A DNA stretch of 64,000 nucleotides from the IMG/VR virus record IMGVR_UViG_3300027763_000001, positions 1 through 64,000 of that record, one strand, 5' to 3'. Shown one piece after another: positions 35,518 to 46,202 of this stretch. Position 1 is the stretch's first letter. Each line of letters begins with the position of its first letter. The DNA is from a virus. The position numbers were made by a program, and so were the translations under genes. Below the pieces are notes generated by a model. It saw only the letters and a list, made by a program, of their open reading frames with translations, was not told the origin of the DNA and did not search any database.

Positions 35518-38500
35518 ATGACGAATTGGTCGCAGGATGGCGCCCCATCGTTCAATCGACCTGAGCTGGTTCGCTTCGATTCGCTGCGCGACAGCAAGGA
35601 CCTCGGGGCGATCACCGACATCAAGGCCCACCTGTCCGGCTTTATCGGCGCCGAAGCTGGCTCTCAAAGCCTGTTTTTCTCTTTCCAGCTACTTGTACCT
35701 GGTGCCATCCAGGTCCAGACCGTCACAGGCAGTAAGTGGACCGCTCGCTTTGTCTCCGCCTCCCTGCGCTCGGAGTCCGGCAGTATCGGCTTGGACGATC
35801 GCGGCAACGCCCGTGGTGTCGACATTGTCAACAGCATCGACGCTGACGAGGCGCTGGCTCCTTTTCCGCCCGGGAAATACACCGTGGTGGTTTCCTGCTC
35901 CCAGTGGCAGTCAACGCCTTTCGAGTTGGTTCTGCGAGTCAACCCGACCACCAGACTGCATGCCGACATTGCTGGCCGCGGCGGGCTTGGGCAGTACACC
36001 CGCTTGCGCGTGGCTGTTGCCCGCCTTAGCGGCGCGCTCACCGGCCTCGGCCAACTCCGGGCGCCAGGCTCGGGCTTGTTCTCGGGCCGCCGCGATCGCC
36101 CTCTCGTCGGCGGCTTTCTCGCCGGCAGGGGCGCGCTAACTGGCAAGCTTTCAGTGCGCGAGCCTCTGCGCGGCCTGTCTGGCGCTTTTCTTGCCGGCCG
36201 CGGCGGCCTTGGGGCTTCGACAGTGGTTTCAAACAACCTGGGCCCCAGGATGTGGGCCTCCAGGCTTGTTACCCCAACAGAGGCGACAGACAGCGCTAGC
36301 TACGCCAGTGTGGCCTTGAGCGAGGCCGATTACAGCCTTCACGCTTTTTACTATCTCCCGCCTGGATCTCCCAGCAGCCAGCGACGGCTCGCGGTAACTT
36401 ACCGCGCCCCTAACGGACAGGTGCTATGGAGCCGTCTTACTGATATTTATTGCTTAACTAATGATACGCAGGGCTGGAAAGTGCTCGCCTTGACCGGTGG
36501 CGACTTCCTCCTGTTCAGTCAAAGCCAGGCGGCCTTTAACGGTTTGCTTGTAATTCGCATCGGACGAGACGGAGTAGTTGCTTGGAAGCGGCAATTTGGA
36601 TCTCGCATCAATCCTGTGGTTGGTAGCAACAACAGCAGCGAGATCGATGAAATCAGTGACGCAGTCTTGCAGCCTTCGTTGAATCGGGTCATATTCGCCG
36701 TTGTCATGGGTATCGGCTTAGGCGGGATCACTCCTGGCTATATCACACTTGATCTTAATACTGGGGCTGCCGTTTCGGCTCGCGCACTAAGGGGCGGCAC
36801 TATGCAAATCGACAGCGATGGCGTTACTCTTAACGCCCCCTTGATCAAGACGGACGGCCGATTTATACTAACTGGCAGCAAAAGAGGCCAGCCAGCCTAC
36901 ACATGGACCGTGGAATGCGATGGCAACCTTACCGGCGTCAACACGTTTTACAAATACACTGACGGCACTAGCCTTGTTTTCGACGGCAGCGCAGTGCTGC
37001 ATGGCGACGGCTCGCTCACGATCGCGGGAGGCAGCGCAATAAGAAGCTTTGAAGACGGTGGCGGTAGGGCCGATACCGGCTTTCCTTTGCTGCAGCTCGC
37101 CCCAGACTTGACAATTCGTCGGCGCGTCACCAGCGCTGCTGGAAACGGTGACTTCACCCGAGGGGCGCTAATAGCTACTGACGCCCTAGGCGCCCTGCAC
37201 TACGGCAACGAAGATGGCATTTATTCGCGGGACTACGAGGGCGACCTTACTTATCGCTATACAACTTTCGCTGGACTACCGGGGCAGATTAATCAGATCT
37301 CTGCCACCAAGCCTGGGCCTTGGTTTAATGTTGCCAGCCAGTGGGGCATCCTGGCCACGTCTACTGCTTCCAGTCAACCAGCACTGGGGACGGTAGTGGT
37401 GGGTTTTGAGATCGACATGGCGCCTACGACTGTAGCCAATGGACTGAATTACAGTATTACTATCGGCACTTCTGAGGATGTCCCGCAAGCCCGCCAGGTT
37501 GTGCCGGCCGTAGTTGCTCTTGATCTTGACGAAAACGACGGCGACATCGTGCCGATTGCGTTTGTCTCTTTAGCAGTCGTCCTCAACACAAGTACGCCTG
37601 CCTGGAACCCAGCCTTTGCCGATGCCAGTTCGATTCTCGCCTGGGAACTAACATCCAGCACGATTCGCCGTGGAACTTCTAGCGGATTTCCTCAGCTGGC
37701 AATTAAGCTCGACCCTGCGATAGAGCCAGACCCTTTGGCTCAGTTCGTCGTTTTTCATCTGCCAGGTACTGGCATTCCTGACACGAACTTCTTTGTTGAT
37801 TACTCTCAATTTGCTCATCAGCCGGTTCCGCTTGGCAACGTCAAATACTCGACTGAACAGGCCCTTTACCCAGACCTTGGTGGCTTTTTTGAGCGCACTT
37901 CTATTCGCTTTGACGGCACCGAAGACGCAATCGCCTACGCGCCATCGCCGGCTTTTCGTTTTGGTAAGGAAAATTTTACAATTGAGGCTAAAATTTTTCG
38001 GCTAAACAGCAACCCTTGTGTCTTGTTTAGCAACAGCCAGGTCGGAGATCCAGGGGCCCATAGCAATAGCTTTTACCTGGCCCTCGGCGCTGATGGGATC
38101 CTTGAGATCTTTTCGATAGGACGCGGCCGGCTTTCCCCCGTCTTCTCTGCATCCCCGAGGCGCACTGTGCCGTACGGCGTTTGGTCTCATGTTGCCCTAA
38201 CAAGAGAGGATCAAATATGGCGCGTTCACATCAATGGCCAGGCTGACGCAGCGGCCTGGCGTTACGACCTGGACCTAAGCGCTGGCGCCCTGCTGATTGG
38301 CAGAGGGACTCAGATCCCTACGAATGGTTTTTTTGGCCTTGGCCCTCAGGGCGCCGACTACTTTCCCTTCACCGGCTTCATGGTCGACATTCGGATCACC
38401 AAGGGAGCCGCTCGCTACCACCGCAACTTCAGGCCCCGCGCTGCTCCGATTCAATACCTTCCCGCGGGGCCCCCTGCAAGCTCGCCAGCAGGAACTGAGC

Positions 38501-40920
38501 CTGCCGAGGCAGGCGCGGCCGCCCCCGACCTGGCTTTTAACCGGGTCCTGTTGTTCGCCCGGATGAACGGCAGCGACAACGTCTTTCGCGATAGCGGTCC
38601 TTACGACCACAGCCTGATTCCCTTCGGCAACGTCACACAAATTCCTGGCGGCAAATGGGGCGGCAGCCAGGGGGCCTTCGACTCTTTTGGTGACTGGGTA
38701 GAGGTGCCTACCAACCCCGTGCTGGCCCTGGGGACAGGCGACTTTACTATTTCGATGTGGGCAAAGCGCACCGGCGAAGGCCAAGAAGCCGACTTCTTCC
38801 AGGCCCTGCTGGACAGCCGGACTGCCGAGCCTGAATCTCAGTTCTGCCTGCGCATCAACCGCAGCGTCACCGGCCGGCAGTTGTGCCTCTATGTCGGCGG
38901 GGCGATTCGAATCTTGGGCCAGCCCATGGCCATCAACGTTCGCTACCACGTCGCAGTGGTTCGCAGGAGCGGGATCACCTCTCTCTACATGAACGGGGCT
39001 CCTTCCGGCAGCACCTGGGCTGATACCACCAACTACACCAGCGCCAACTGGACGATTGGCCGAGCCCGGTTTGCTGCAGGAGCCGACCAGTGGTACTTCC
39101 AGGGCCACTTGAACGATGTTCGCATTGAGCGCGGTGCGCTCTACGACGGTGCCTTCATTCCTCCGACCGCTCCGATCGGAACCCCTCCATCGGCTACGGC
39201 CCGCTACTGGCGGCTAGTGGATTTGCGTCCATACCAAGGCTCAAGTGGCGTCTTTTCGCTCTCTGAAGTTGCGTTGCATCAGGGCCGCAACCGGTTGCCT
39301 GGAACCACCACGACCAGTCTGCCGGCGCCCAGCTCCGGTCTGCTGGTCAGCACTCAGGACCTAAGCGCCACCTTGAACTGCGACTGGAGCCGAGCCTCCA
39401 TGGAGCAGATCGGCAGCTGGATCCAAATCGATGCCGGCGGACCTGTCACGGCCGACGGCTTGCGCCTAGCCACGGCCGGGCAGTCTGCCAGGGGCGTCTC
39501 AGGTCTCACGCTGCAGTATTCCAGCGACGGGGCCAACTGGGCCCCCCTAGGGCATGTCGCCAGCATCCCGCTAAGCGATTCAGCCCTAGGCCCTCGGCTG
39601 GGTTTCGTGCCCCTGCCCGGGCCGCCCACCGACATTGTTGATGCTGATTTCGATCGCGTCGTTCTTCTGCTGCGCGGCAATACACCCAGCGCTCTTGCAG
39701 CTGACAGCGGCCCCAGGGGGTTGACGGTCGACAACGTCAATGTTTCAGCCAGCACGATCGAAAGCGCTCAAGGCGGGCAAAGCATGCTGTTCAGTGCTAC
39801 CAGCGGCTCCTACTTGACCCTGGGCGCGACCGGCGGTGATACGGGCCGGCGCTCGGTGTACTTTTCCTTCGGGACCGGCGCCCTGACGGTCGAGCTGGAC
39901 ATTTTCCCGCTGACGATCCCGGCCAACTACTTCTCGCTGTTCAATACCAATGCCATCGGCGATTCAGCCAGCTACGTCAATGGTTTTCAGTGGGTCCTGA
40001 CAAGCACAATGAAGCTAGATCTTTACATCAATGGAGCCTTTCGTGGCGTTTCGCTGGGGTCAGTCAACCTGCGCCAATGGAACCGCTTGCGCCTCAGCCG
40101 TGATACTGCCGGTGTTTGGCGATACAACATCAACGGCGCGGTCGACGGGGCCGCCTTCACTAACGCAGTCGATCTGTCGAGCCGCGCCTTCACGATCGGA
40201 CGGGACGGAGCCAACACTGGCGCTCCCTACCTCTACAACGGCTACATGGATGAGGTGAAGGTTACCCGCGGGCTGGCTCGCGGCAATGCAATACGCATCA
40301 CTAATCTTGCCTGGACCTCCAGCGCCCGAGGGCGCCTGATCGGGGGCTTGGTCACGGGCCGGGCCATGCACAGTATCCTGTTCGGCCGCGGGCGACTGAG
40401 CGGAACCCTGACCACTGTGACTGTCACTGGCTCGCAAGAGACGGCATCCATCACCAGCTTGCCTGACGCGAGCCTGCCGCTGACCGGGCTCGAGCGAATC
40501 GCGATGGACCAGGCCGGAGCGACCGTATCGGCCGGGGGATTTGTGACAGGCCAGACATACCGGATCGCCGGTGTTGGGTCCACCGATTTCAGGCCGATCG
40601 GGGCCGCCTCCAACACGATTGGTCTGATCTTCAAGGCCACGGGCCCAGGGACAGGTAACGGCACTGCGGTCGTAATCAGAACCGTGGACGCGGCGATCCG
40701 GGACATCGCCGGTCTTGGCACGGCGGCCAGTGTCGTCGAGTATGACACCACGAGCACCCCAAACACGATTTACATCGGGCGAGCTCCCGTTGGCACGGAC
40801 CAGACGGCAGCGGGTTGGACGATAGAGCGGACTACTTTCACGGCTCAAGGCATTAAAGTGGGCGAAGCACTGACCGCCACCGGCGCCTGGACTGCACGAA
40901 CTTCTCTCGCTTACGCCTGA
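35518..40920 (+). CDS. Large tail fibre/receptor-binding protein with three LamG domains and a discoidin-like domain
   Basis: Three LamG units (FTIEA..WSHVALTR; DFTISMW..YHVAVVR; ALTVELD..YMDEVKVTRG), ARYWRL...LQYSSDG, and a propeller-like region. Confidence 0.82.
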   Translation: MTNWSQDGAPSFNRPELVRFDSLRDSKDLGAITDIKAHLSGFIGAEAGSQSLFFSFQLLVPGAIQVQTVTGSKWTARFVSASLRSESGSIGLDDRGNARGVDIVNSIDADEALAPFPPGKYTVVVSCSQWQSTPFELVLRVNPTTRLHADIAGRGGLGQYTRLRVAVARLSGALTGLGQLRAPGSGLFSGRRDRPLVGGFLAGRGALTGKLSVREPLRGLSGAFLAGRGGLGASTVVSNNLGPRMWASRLVTPTEATDSASYASVALSEADYSLHAFYYLPPGSPSSQRRLAVTYRAPNGQVLWSRLTDIYCLTNDTQGWKVLALTGGDFLLFSQSQAAFNGLLVIRIGRDGVVAWKRQFGSRINPVVGSNNSSEIDEISDAVLQPSLNRVIFAVVMGIGLGGITPGYITLDLNTGAAVSARALRGGTMQIDSDGVTLNAPLIKTDGRFILTGSKRGQPAYTWTVECDGNLTGVNTFYKYTDGTSLVFDGSAVLHGDGSLTIAGGSAIRSFEDGGGRADTGFPLLQLAPDLTIRRRVTSAAGNGDFTRGALIATDALGALHYGNEDGIYSRDYEGDLTYRYTTFAGLPGQINQISATKPGPWFNVASQWGILATSTASSQPALGTVVVGFEIDMAPTTVANGLNYSITIGTSEDVPQARQVVPAVVALDLDENDGDIVPIAFVSLAVVLNTSTPAWNPAFADASSILAWELTSSTIRRGTSSGFPQLAIKLDPAIEPDPLAQFVVFHLPGTGIPDTNFFVDYSQFAHQPVPLGNVKYSTEQALYPDLGGFFERTSIRFDGTEDAIAYAPSPAFRFGKENFTIEAKIFRLNSNPCVLFSNSQVGDPGAHSNSFYLALGADGILEIFSIGRGRLSPVFSASPRRTVPYGVWSHVALTREDQIWRVHINGQADAAAWRYDLDLSAGALLIGRGTQIPTNGFFGLGPQGADYFPFTGFMVDIRITKGAARYHRNFRPRAAPIQYLPAGPPASSPAGTEPAEAGAAAPDLAFNRVLLFARMNGSDNVFRDSGPYDHSLIPFGNVTQIPGGKWGGSQGAFDSFGDWVEVPTNPVLALGTGDFTISMWAKRTGEGQEADFFQALLDSRTAEPESQFCLRINRSVTGRQLCLYVGGAIRILGQPMAINVRYHVAVVRRSGITSLYMNGAPSGSTWADTTNYTSANWTIGRARFAAGADQWYFQGHLNDVRIERGALYDGAFIPPTAPIGTPPSATARYWRLVDLRPYQGSSGVFSLSEVALHQGRNRLPGTTTTSLPAPSSGLLVSTQDLSATLNCDWSRASMEQIGSWIQIDAGGPVTADGLRLATAGQSARGVSGLTLQYSSDGANWAPLGHVASIPLSDSALGPRLGFVPLPGPPTDIVDADFDRVVLLLRGNTPSALAADSGPRGLTVDNVNVSASTIESAQGGQSMLFSATSGSYLTLGATGGDTGRRSVYFSFGTGALTVELDIFPLTIPANYFSLFNTNAIGDSASYVNGFQWVLTSTMKLDLYINGAFRGVSLGSVNLRQWNRLRLSRDTAGVWRYNINGAVDGAAFTNAVDLSSRAFTIGRDGANTGAPYLYNGYMDEVKVTRGLARGNAIRITNLAWTSSARGRLIGGLVTGRAMHSILFGRGRLSGTLTTVTVTGSQETASITSLPDASLPLTGLERIAMDQAGATVSAGGFVTGQTYRIAGVGSTDFRPIGAASNTIGLIFKATGPGTGNGTAVVIRTVDAAIRDIAGLGTAASVVEYDTTSTPNTIYIGRAPVGTDQTAAGWTIERTTFTAQGIKVGEALTATGAWTARTSLAYA

Positions 40921-40923
40921 GCC

Positions 40924-43900
40924 TTGGCCAACCAGACGATCACCACCGCACTCAACTATGACAGCGCCGCTATTGGCGGTTTGCTGGATGGCGAGAGCAT
41001 CACGATCAACGGCGGGTCGCTAACGATTGACGCGGACACGCAGATCAACCAGCAGGCGGCGGCGTTTGGCAATGTCACGCTGTCGTCGACGCTGAGCGGG
41101 TCGGTCCTGATCGACGGCATGAAGGTCTGGGAGGTGCCGTTCTCGTCGGCGTCTGGAAACGTGCCCACGCAGGCGGCGCTCGGGAGCAATAACGTCACAG
41201 GCGGCACCAGCGGCGCGACGGGTGAGTTGACCCGTGTGTGGGCGGCAGGATCGTTTGACCCTGCCGCGGCGGGCGGCGCTATGCCTGCTTCGGGCTACAT
41301 CAAGCTGCGGAGCACGACCGGAAACTTCCAAGCGGGCGAGAGCATTACGCTTCCGGGCGGTGCCACGATTGTCGCCAGCAATGCGGGCAAGCGCGGCACC
41401 ATCCAAGTCATCGCGCGCACGATTGGCGGGGTCGGCGTTTTCATGGCAGTACCGCGTCTGGCTTCCTGCGTTGTCGATGGCACCTGGTACGAGCTGGGCA
41501 CCACTGACGGCACGAACAATCAGATTTTCACGCTGCCCGTGCGCGAGGAATTAGGCGGCATCCAGATCGAGACTGCCCCCGGATCGGGCGTTTATGAGTG
41601 GTACCCCAACGCAGGCGACATTTGGAACGGCCACTACACTGTCAACGAGGGACTGAATATCACCAATGGCACCCTGGCAAGGAATGCCATTTCGGCGTTT
41701 CCCTATCCACCGGCGGAACGTCTCCGGGAAACTACGGCAACGGGCGTGCATAGTGCTTCGTTCCCGCTTGGTCAATTCGACACCAGCTTCCCGCCTGGCA
41801 CCTATACCTTTTCCACCGTCTTGAAGCGTGAGACGCGGCAATGGGCAGCGGTACAGTTTTCCACAAATGGCGGTGCCGACCGTTACGGCGTATTGGTGGA
41901 CCTGGACGCGGGGACGCTCACTGCTATCCCTAATGTCGGCAATCCGACCGGAACAAACTCTTCGATTGCCGTAGATAGCAACGGCTGGTATCGGGTAAAC
42001 GTCACGATTAACCACTCAGGCGCGGGACAGACCGGCCAATGTACCGTTGCAACTTCAAACTCCGCAACCCCGACCTATGTGACCGGCCTGCCGTCCTTTG
42101 CCGGCAACGCCTCGGAGGGCGTCTATATCGCCCTGTCGCGGCTGGAAATGGCAACGTTCTCTTTCATCCCTACGAATGATGTTCGCGGAAAGTATTGCGC
42201 TGTGGACCCGATTGCGGGAACAGTTAAGCTGGCACTTCGCGGAGCAAATAATTCCGGCTTCAAACCACCTTCGGGCTGCAAGGTCAGGATACCAAACGTC
42301 TTTTTGTCCACCACGCAACCGGTAGATAGCGCCGCACCGATGCTGACCGCGCTGAACACGCGGTACTATATCCAATCCGGCAATCCCGGCCCCACGGTGA
42401 GAGGGGCTGTGCTGAATTGGTTCAACACCGGCAACATTGTGATTTCCGATAGCTGCACTACACAATACATCAACAGCACGGCAATCACTAACTGTTGCGT
42501 CGGTGTGGGCCTGATGCCATCAACCACTACCGCCCTCGCAATAGCAAACGTCACCGCCGGAAACGTGACCGATAGCCGATTCACCCGACGCAGTAACACG
42601 ACGGTTTTTTCCGCAGTAGCTAGCACCAATATCGCAATCCAGCGATGCCGGTTTGACCTGATTGCCCGCTGGCAGGGCCTTTCGCAAAGGCAAACGACCG
42701 GACCAACTCAGTTCCCTACTGTGAATTTGGGAATGTCCAACTTCGTTTTCGAGGACGGCGAGGTGATCAATGGGCAGACTACAATCGGCGCGGGAAACTC
42801 AAACGGCCTGATCAAGAATTTTAAGTACGCGGATGTCATGGCCGGCGGCACCCCCGCAGTAGCGAGTTCGGCTATTCTTGCGCAAGGCACAAACATCACG
42901 ATTGATGGGTTTACGGCGCTAGGTGGATTGCTGAATGTACATCCCTATGACCAGATTGTGAACCTTGCGGTCAGCGGCGGATATTACACCAACCTGTCAA
43001 TTGGAAACATCGGCACACCGTCAGCCCCGTTCAATGGTGGTACGGTTAACCCGATGGGGTACATCTTGAACGGGTTTGCGGGTTCCAGGGCCACACTCCG
43101 GCGCATCTACACCACTAATAACCGCCTCGGGCCTGTGTTGTTTACTGCAAACGGCCCGTTGTTTGAAATGTTCGATGTCTGGGCCACCGGATCACAATTT
43201 ATCGACTTGAACGGCCCATCTATCACCAGCCGGGGCGGTCGCTGGTCGAATTTCAGGCGCGGCGTTGCGAATGCAAACGGCACTCATTGGGATGATGCAT
43301 ATATCTCCACTACGAATGGGCGCATTACGGTCATGGCAAACGAGCCTACAGTCGCTTCCGCAAGCCAATTTTCCGGCACATTCGGCATCGGCTCCGGCTA
43401 TACCGGCACAGGCAGCATAGTTCTTTCAAGGTTGACGGATGAGGCAGTCTGGACCTCGCCCCATCGGTTCTATGGTCACACCGCGTTCGGCGGCGGTGGA
43501 TCGCCCGGCGGGGCAGGCACGCAAAACCTGCTTTGGGAATACAAGATCGACACGGGCAGCGGTTTTGGAGCGTCCTGGACATTTTTGGCAAACACGGTGC
43601 AAACCGTTGGCGACCCGGCGAATGGCGCGACCACGGTAACGATGAACGGAACCGACTTGGCGGCGCTGACCCGCCAGCCGCAGATCGGGGATTTTATCCA
43701 GCACAGCACTTTCCGACTGCCGCAGGATACGATCATCACCAACATCGTCGGGAACGTGATCAGCGTCTCCAACGCTTTCGTCTCCTCGCTGCTGGGCCCA
43801 AGCGGCACGATTTCTTTCTCGCCGGTTAACGTCGCTGTCAGCCCGACCGATGGCTACCTCCTGCAAATCCGGTGCCGCGCGACTTTGGCCGCAACGGGGA

Positions 43901-44226
43901 CGCTTACAACCGGGTTTTCTGCAGGCATCCAGACCAACGCGATAGATCAGCAAATTCCGCACCCCTTGCCGGGTTCGCTGGTCAACATTACCAATCTTGT
44001 TCCGCAGACGCGGGTCAAGGTCAGCCGGGTGGACACCGGCGTAACCTTGCAGCAAGCATCGTGCGGCGCGGGTACAAGTCTGGCCTTTGATTTTCAGTAC
44101 ACAGGCGCGGTGGAGGTGGAGGCGCGAAACGCGGGCGGCGCTCCAACGTACGAGCCGTGGGTGACACAAGTCACCATTTCACCTGCGACGCCGATAAACA
44201 TCGCCGCGCTTCAAGAACCCGACTAA
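40924..44226 (+). CDS. Tail fibre/spike-like beta-rich protein
   Basis: Thr/Gly/Asn-rich; NGWYRV carbohydrate-binding-like module; beta-helix-like middle. Confidence 0.7.
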   Translation: MANQTITTALNYDSAAIGGLLDGESITINGGSLTIDADTQINQQAAAFGNVTLSSTLSGSVLIDGMKVWEVPFSSASGNVPTQAALGSNNVTGGTSGATGELTRVWAAGSFDPAAAGGAMPASGYIKLRSTTGNFQAGESITLPGGATIVASNAGKRGTIQVIARTIGGVGVFMAVPRLASCVVDGTWYELGTTDGTNNQIFTLPVREELGGIQIETAPGSGVYEWYPNAGDIWNGHYTVNEGLNITNGTLARNAISAFPYPPAERLRETTATGVHSASFPLGQFDTSFPPGTYTFSTVLKRETRQWAAVQFSTNGGADRYGVLVDLDAGTLTAIPNVGNPTGTNSSIAVDSNGWYRVNVTINHSGAGQTGQCTVATSNSATPTYVTGLPSFAGNASEGVYIALSRLEMATFSFIPTNDVRGKYCAVDPIAGTVKLALRGANNSGFKPPSGCKVRIPNVFLSTTQPVDSAAPMLTALNTRYYIQSGNPGPTVRGAVLNWFNTGNIVISDSCTTQYINSTAITNCCVGVGLMPSTTTALAIANVTAGNVTDSRFTRRSNTTVFSAVASTNIAIQRCRFDLIARWQGLSQRQTTGPTQFPTVNLGMSNFVFEDGEVINGQTTIGAGNSNGLIKNFKYADVMAGGTPAVASSAILAQGTNITIDGFTALGGLLNVHPYDQIVNLAVSGGYYTNLSIGNIGTPSAPFNGGTVNPMGYILNGFAGSRATLRRIYTTNNRLGPVLFTANGPLFEMFDVWATGSQFIDLNGPSITSRGGRWSNFRRGVANANGTHWDDAYISTTNGRITVMANEPTVASASQFSGTFGIGSGYTGTGSIVLSRLTDEAVWTSPHRFYGHTAFGGGGSPGGAGTQNLLWEYKIDTGSGFGASWTFLANTVQTVGDPANGATTVTMNGTDLAALTRQPQIGDFIQHSTFRLPQDTIITNIVGNVISVSNAFVSSLLGPSGTISFSPVNVAVSPTDGYLLQIRCRATLAATGTLTTGFSAGIQTNAIDQQIPHPLPGSLVNITNLVPQTRVKVSRVDTGVTLQQASCGAGTSLAFDFQYTGAVEVEARNAGGAPTYEPWVTQVTISPATPINIAALQEPD

Positions 44227-44237
44227 AGGAAAACCCC

Positions 44238-45680
44238 ATGCCTATCGCAACTGACTTCACCGTCTCCCCAGCCGGCGACATTCGCCGCCAGGCGGGCGCC
44301 AGTACGGAGGTCTACTCCGTACTGGCGCTGCACGCATGGTTGCAGGCCTCAGCGTATCAGGAAGCAGTAACAGGCGACGACTTTTTGGATATTTATACGC
44401 CAAACCCTTCCAAACTGGACGGCCCACGCGATACAGCCGTTGCTTCGCGCCTGAACTTGCTTACAAAGGGATCGGTCGCGTACAACCTGGACGACGCGGC
44501 AGCGAGGTTTGTCAACTTTGGATCGGTCAAGCAGCAGGGTGCATTTGTTCAATACTCCGGCTTCAAGACCATTGGCGGCATCGTGGCCGCCAGCCCAATC
44601 TATGTGGTGCAAAGCGGTTCGAAGCTGACGAAGTTCTGGGCCAATGGCCATGTGCAGATCATAATCAAGGTCAAGACAGCGAACGCCTTTATCGACGGCG
44701 GAAACGTTACCGCCTTCAGTCGGAAATGGGGCCAAACCTATTCCCACTTCGATGTAAACCTATCGGCCGGGGGCGAGAGCAACGCGGCGCTTTCGACCGC
44801 GCTTGATGGAAATATCCTATTAACTGAAGCCCAGGCGGCGGCGCTTTCGACCAAGGTGGCGGTGGCGTTCGGCGACACCACTCAGGATCTAGTGAATGGC
44901 AATGGCGCTAAGTCATATAAAGGCACCATCACTCTTTCCGATTCCTGCACATTGCAAGAAGCGTATCAATACTTGCAATACCTTACGCGAGAAGATAGCG
45001 CGGCCACGCTAAACGGTATTCCCGGCTGGCGTTACCGTGCGCTCAATGCGGCGTACACCGAAATCCCGGCGGCCCCGTTTGGGACGTTCGCTGGCGGCAA
45101 ATTCTTCCTGGCGCAGGGCTGGTTCATTACTGGCGTCCTTCCGGCTGAAAGCACAAAATATCAGCTGATCGCGCACGACGGGACCGAACAAGTTCCGCCC
45201 ACGCTTGCCAGCATTACGATTGGCAACCTTGACGTCGGGTACCGAGTGGTGGTGGCTCGTGACGATGGATCGGGTGAAGTCTTGAAGGACGAATACACGC
45301 CTGTTGCAGCGGCTGCCGGTGCCACGGCTTTAGCGGTGGTGGAAAGCATTAAGACCGATACACCTGCGGCGGGCGTGATCCGCGTTAAGGGATTACGTTA
45401 CACCTACGCTTCTTTTAATGCAGGCACCAAGACCTTCTCCGGCCTTTCCCCGGCTCTATCGAGCAGCATTGTCACAGCAGATGACGTTTTCGTGCCGTTC
45501 ATTGACCGCATTGCAACCGCAGGGACTGAAACGGTATCGTTTATCCATGCCGGCAACTTCAATGCACAGGTGTTGGTCCGTTATGGCGTCGGCAGTTCGC
45601 CCATTCAGCCGTACGCTACGACCCTGACTATCACAAGCTCGGGCGGTTCTGTGAACGCAAGCCGCGATAGTGATGTGTAA
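44238..45680 (+). CDS. Virion structural protein
   Basis: AAGGA RBS and ATG at 44238; beta-rich; tail module context. Confidence 0.65.
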   Translation: MPIATDFTVSPAGDIRRQAGASTEVYSVLALHAWLQASAYQEAVTGDDFLDIYTPNPSKLDGPRDTAVASRLNLLTKGSVAYNLDDAAARFVNFGSVKQQGAFVQYSGFKTIGGIVAASPIYVVQSGSKLTKFWANGHVQIIIKVKTANAFIDGGNVTAFSRKWGQTYSHFDVNLSAGGESNAALSTALDGNILLTEAQAAALSTKVAVAFGDTTQDLVNGNGAKSYKGTITLSDSCTLQEAYQYLQYLTREDSAATLNGIPGWRYRALNAAYTEIPAAPFGTFAGGKFFLAQGWFITGVLPAESTKYQLIAHDGTEQVPPTLASITIGNLDVGYRVVVARDDGSGEVLKDEYTPVAAAAGATALAVVESIKTDTPAAGVIRVKGLRYTYASFNAGTKTFSGLSPALSSSIVTADDVFVPFIDRIATAGTETVSFIHAGNFNAQVLVRYGVGSSPIQPYATTLTITSSGGSVNASRDSDV

Positions 45681-46117
45681 TGCCTTACCACATAGCGCCA
45701 TTCACTTTTGATTTCGAAGCGTCACTCATATACATAGATGAAGGCGTGCCCGACATCCTCTGTATTCCACTTTACACTGCTATCAAAGCAGCGCAGGCCA
45801 GTGAAGAAGGAATCATCTATGACCGAATCAGCAAAGGATCAGGCCTTACCGTCCTTGGTCCCGGTGTTCAGGAAGGCATCACCGTCAAATTACTGGGGAT
45901 GTGGCAGCTTAAGTTCCCTGCCGGAAACTACATCGCCCGGGTCGCGGGAGGAAATCTTGTCGGCGGACCAAACGGAGACCCCATCGCCTACTCCGCCGGG
46001 GTCCAAACCCTCCTAATCCAATCCGCTGCTTCTACTGTGGTGATGGCTAGCGGCCAAGGCAACTGCGCAACCCCCGACCAAGTCGCTGCGATCGTAAAGG
46101 GAGCGGTAAGTGCGTAG
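45680..46117 (+). CDS. Small structural protein
   Basis: TAATG coupling; GGNLVGG motif. Confidence 0.55.
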   Translation: MPYHIAPFTFDFEASLIYIDEGVPDILCIPLYTAIKAAQASEEGIIYDRISKGSGLTVLGPGVQEGITVKLLGMWQLKFPAGNYIARVAGGNLVGGPNGDPIAYSAGVQTLLIQSAASTVVMASGQGNCATPDQVAAIVKGAVSA

Positions 46118-46202
46118 CGGCTCTCTTTAGGGTCGAGCTCAGGACAGTGGCCCGCGGCACGCCACGCATCTGCCAGAATGAGAGGAAAGCCTCCACCAGC
46201 CC

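Noticed and set aside
35518-44226. Diversity-generating retroelement acting on fibre genes
   Set aside because: No reverse transcriptase and no template/variable repeat pair differing at adenines were seen.
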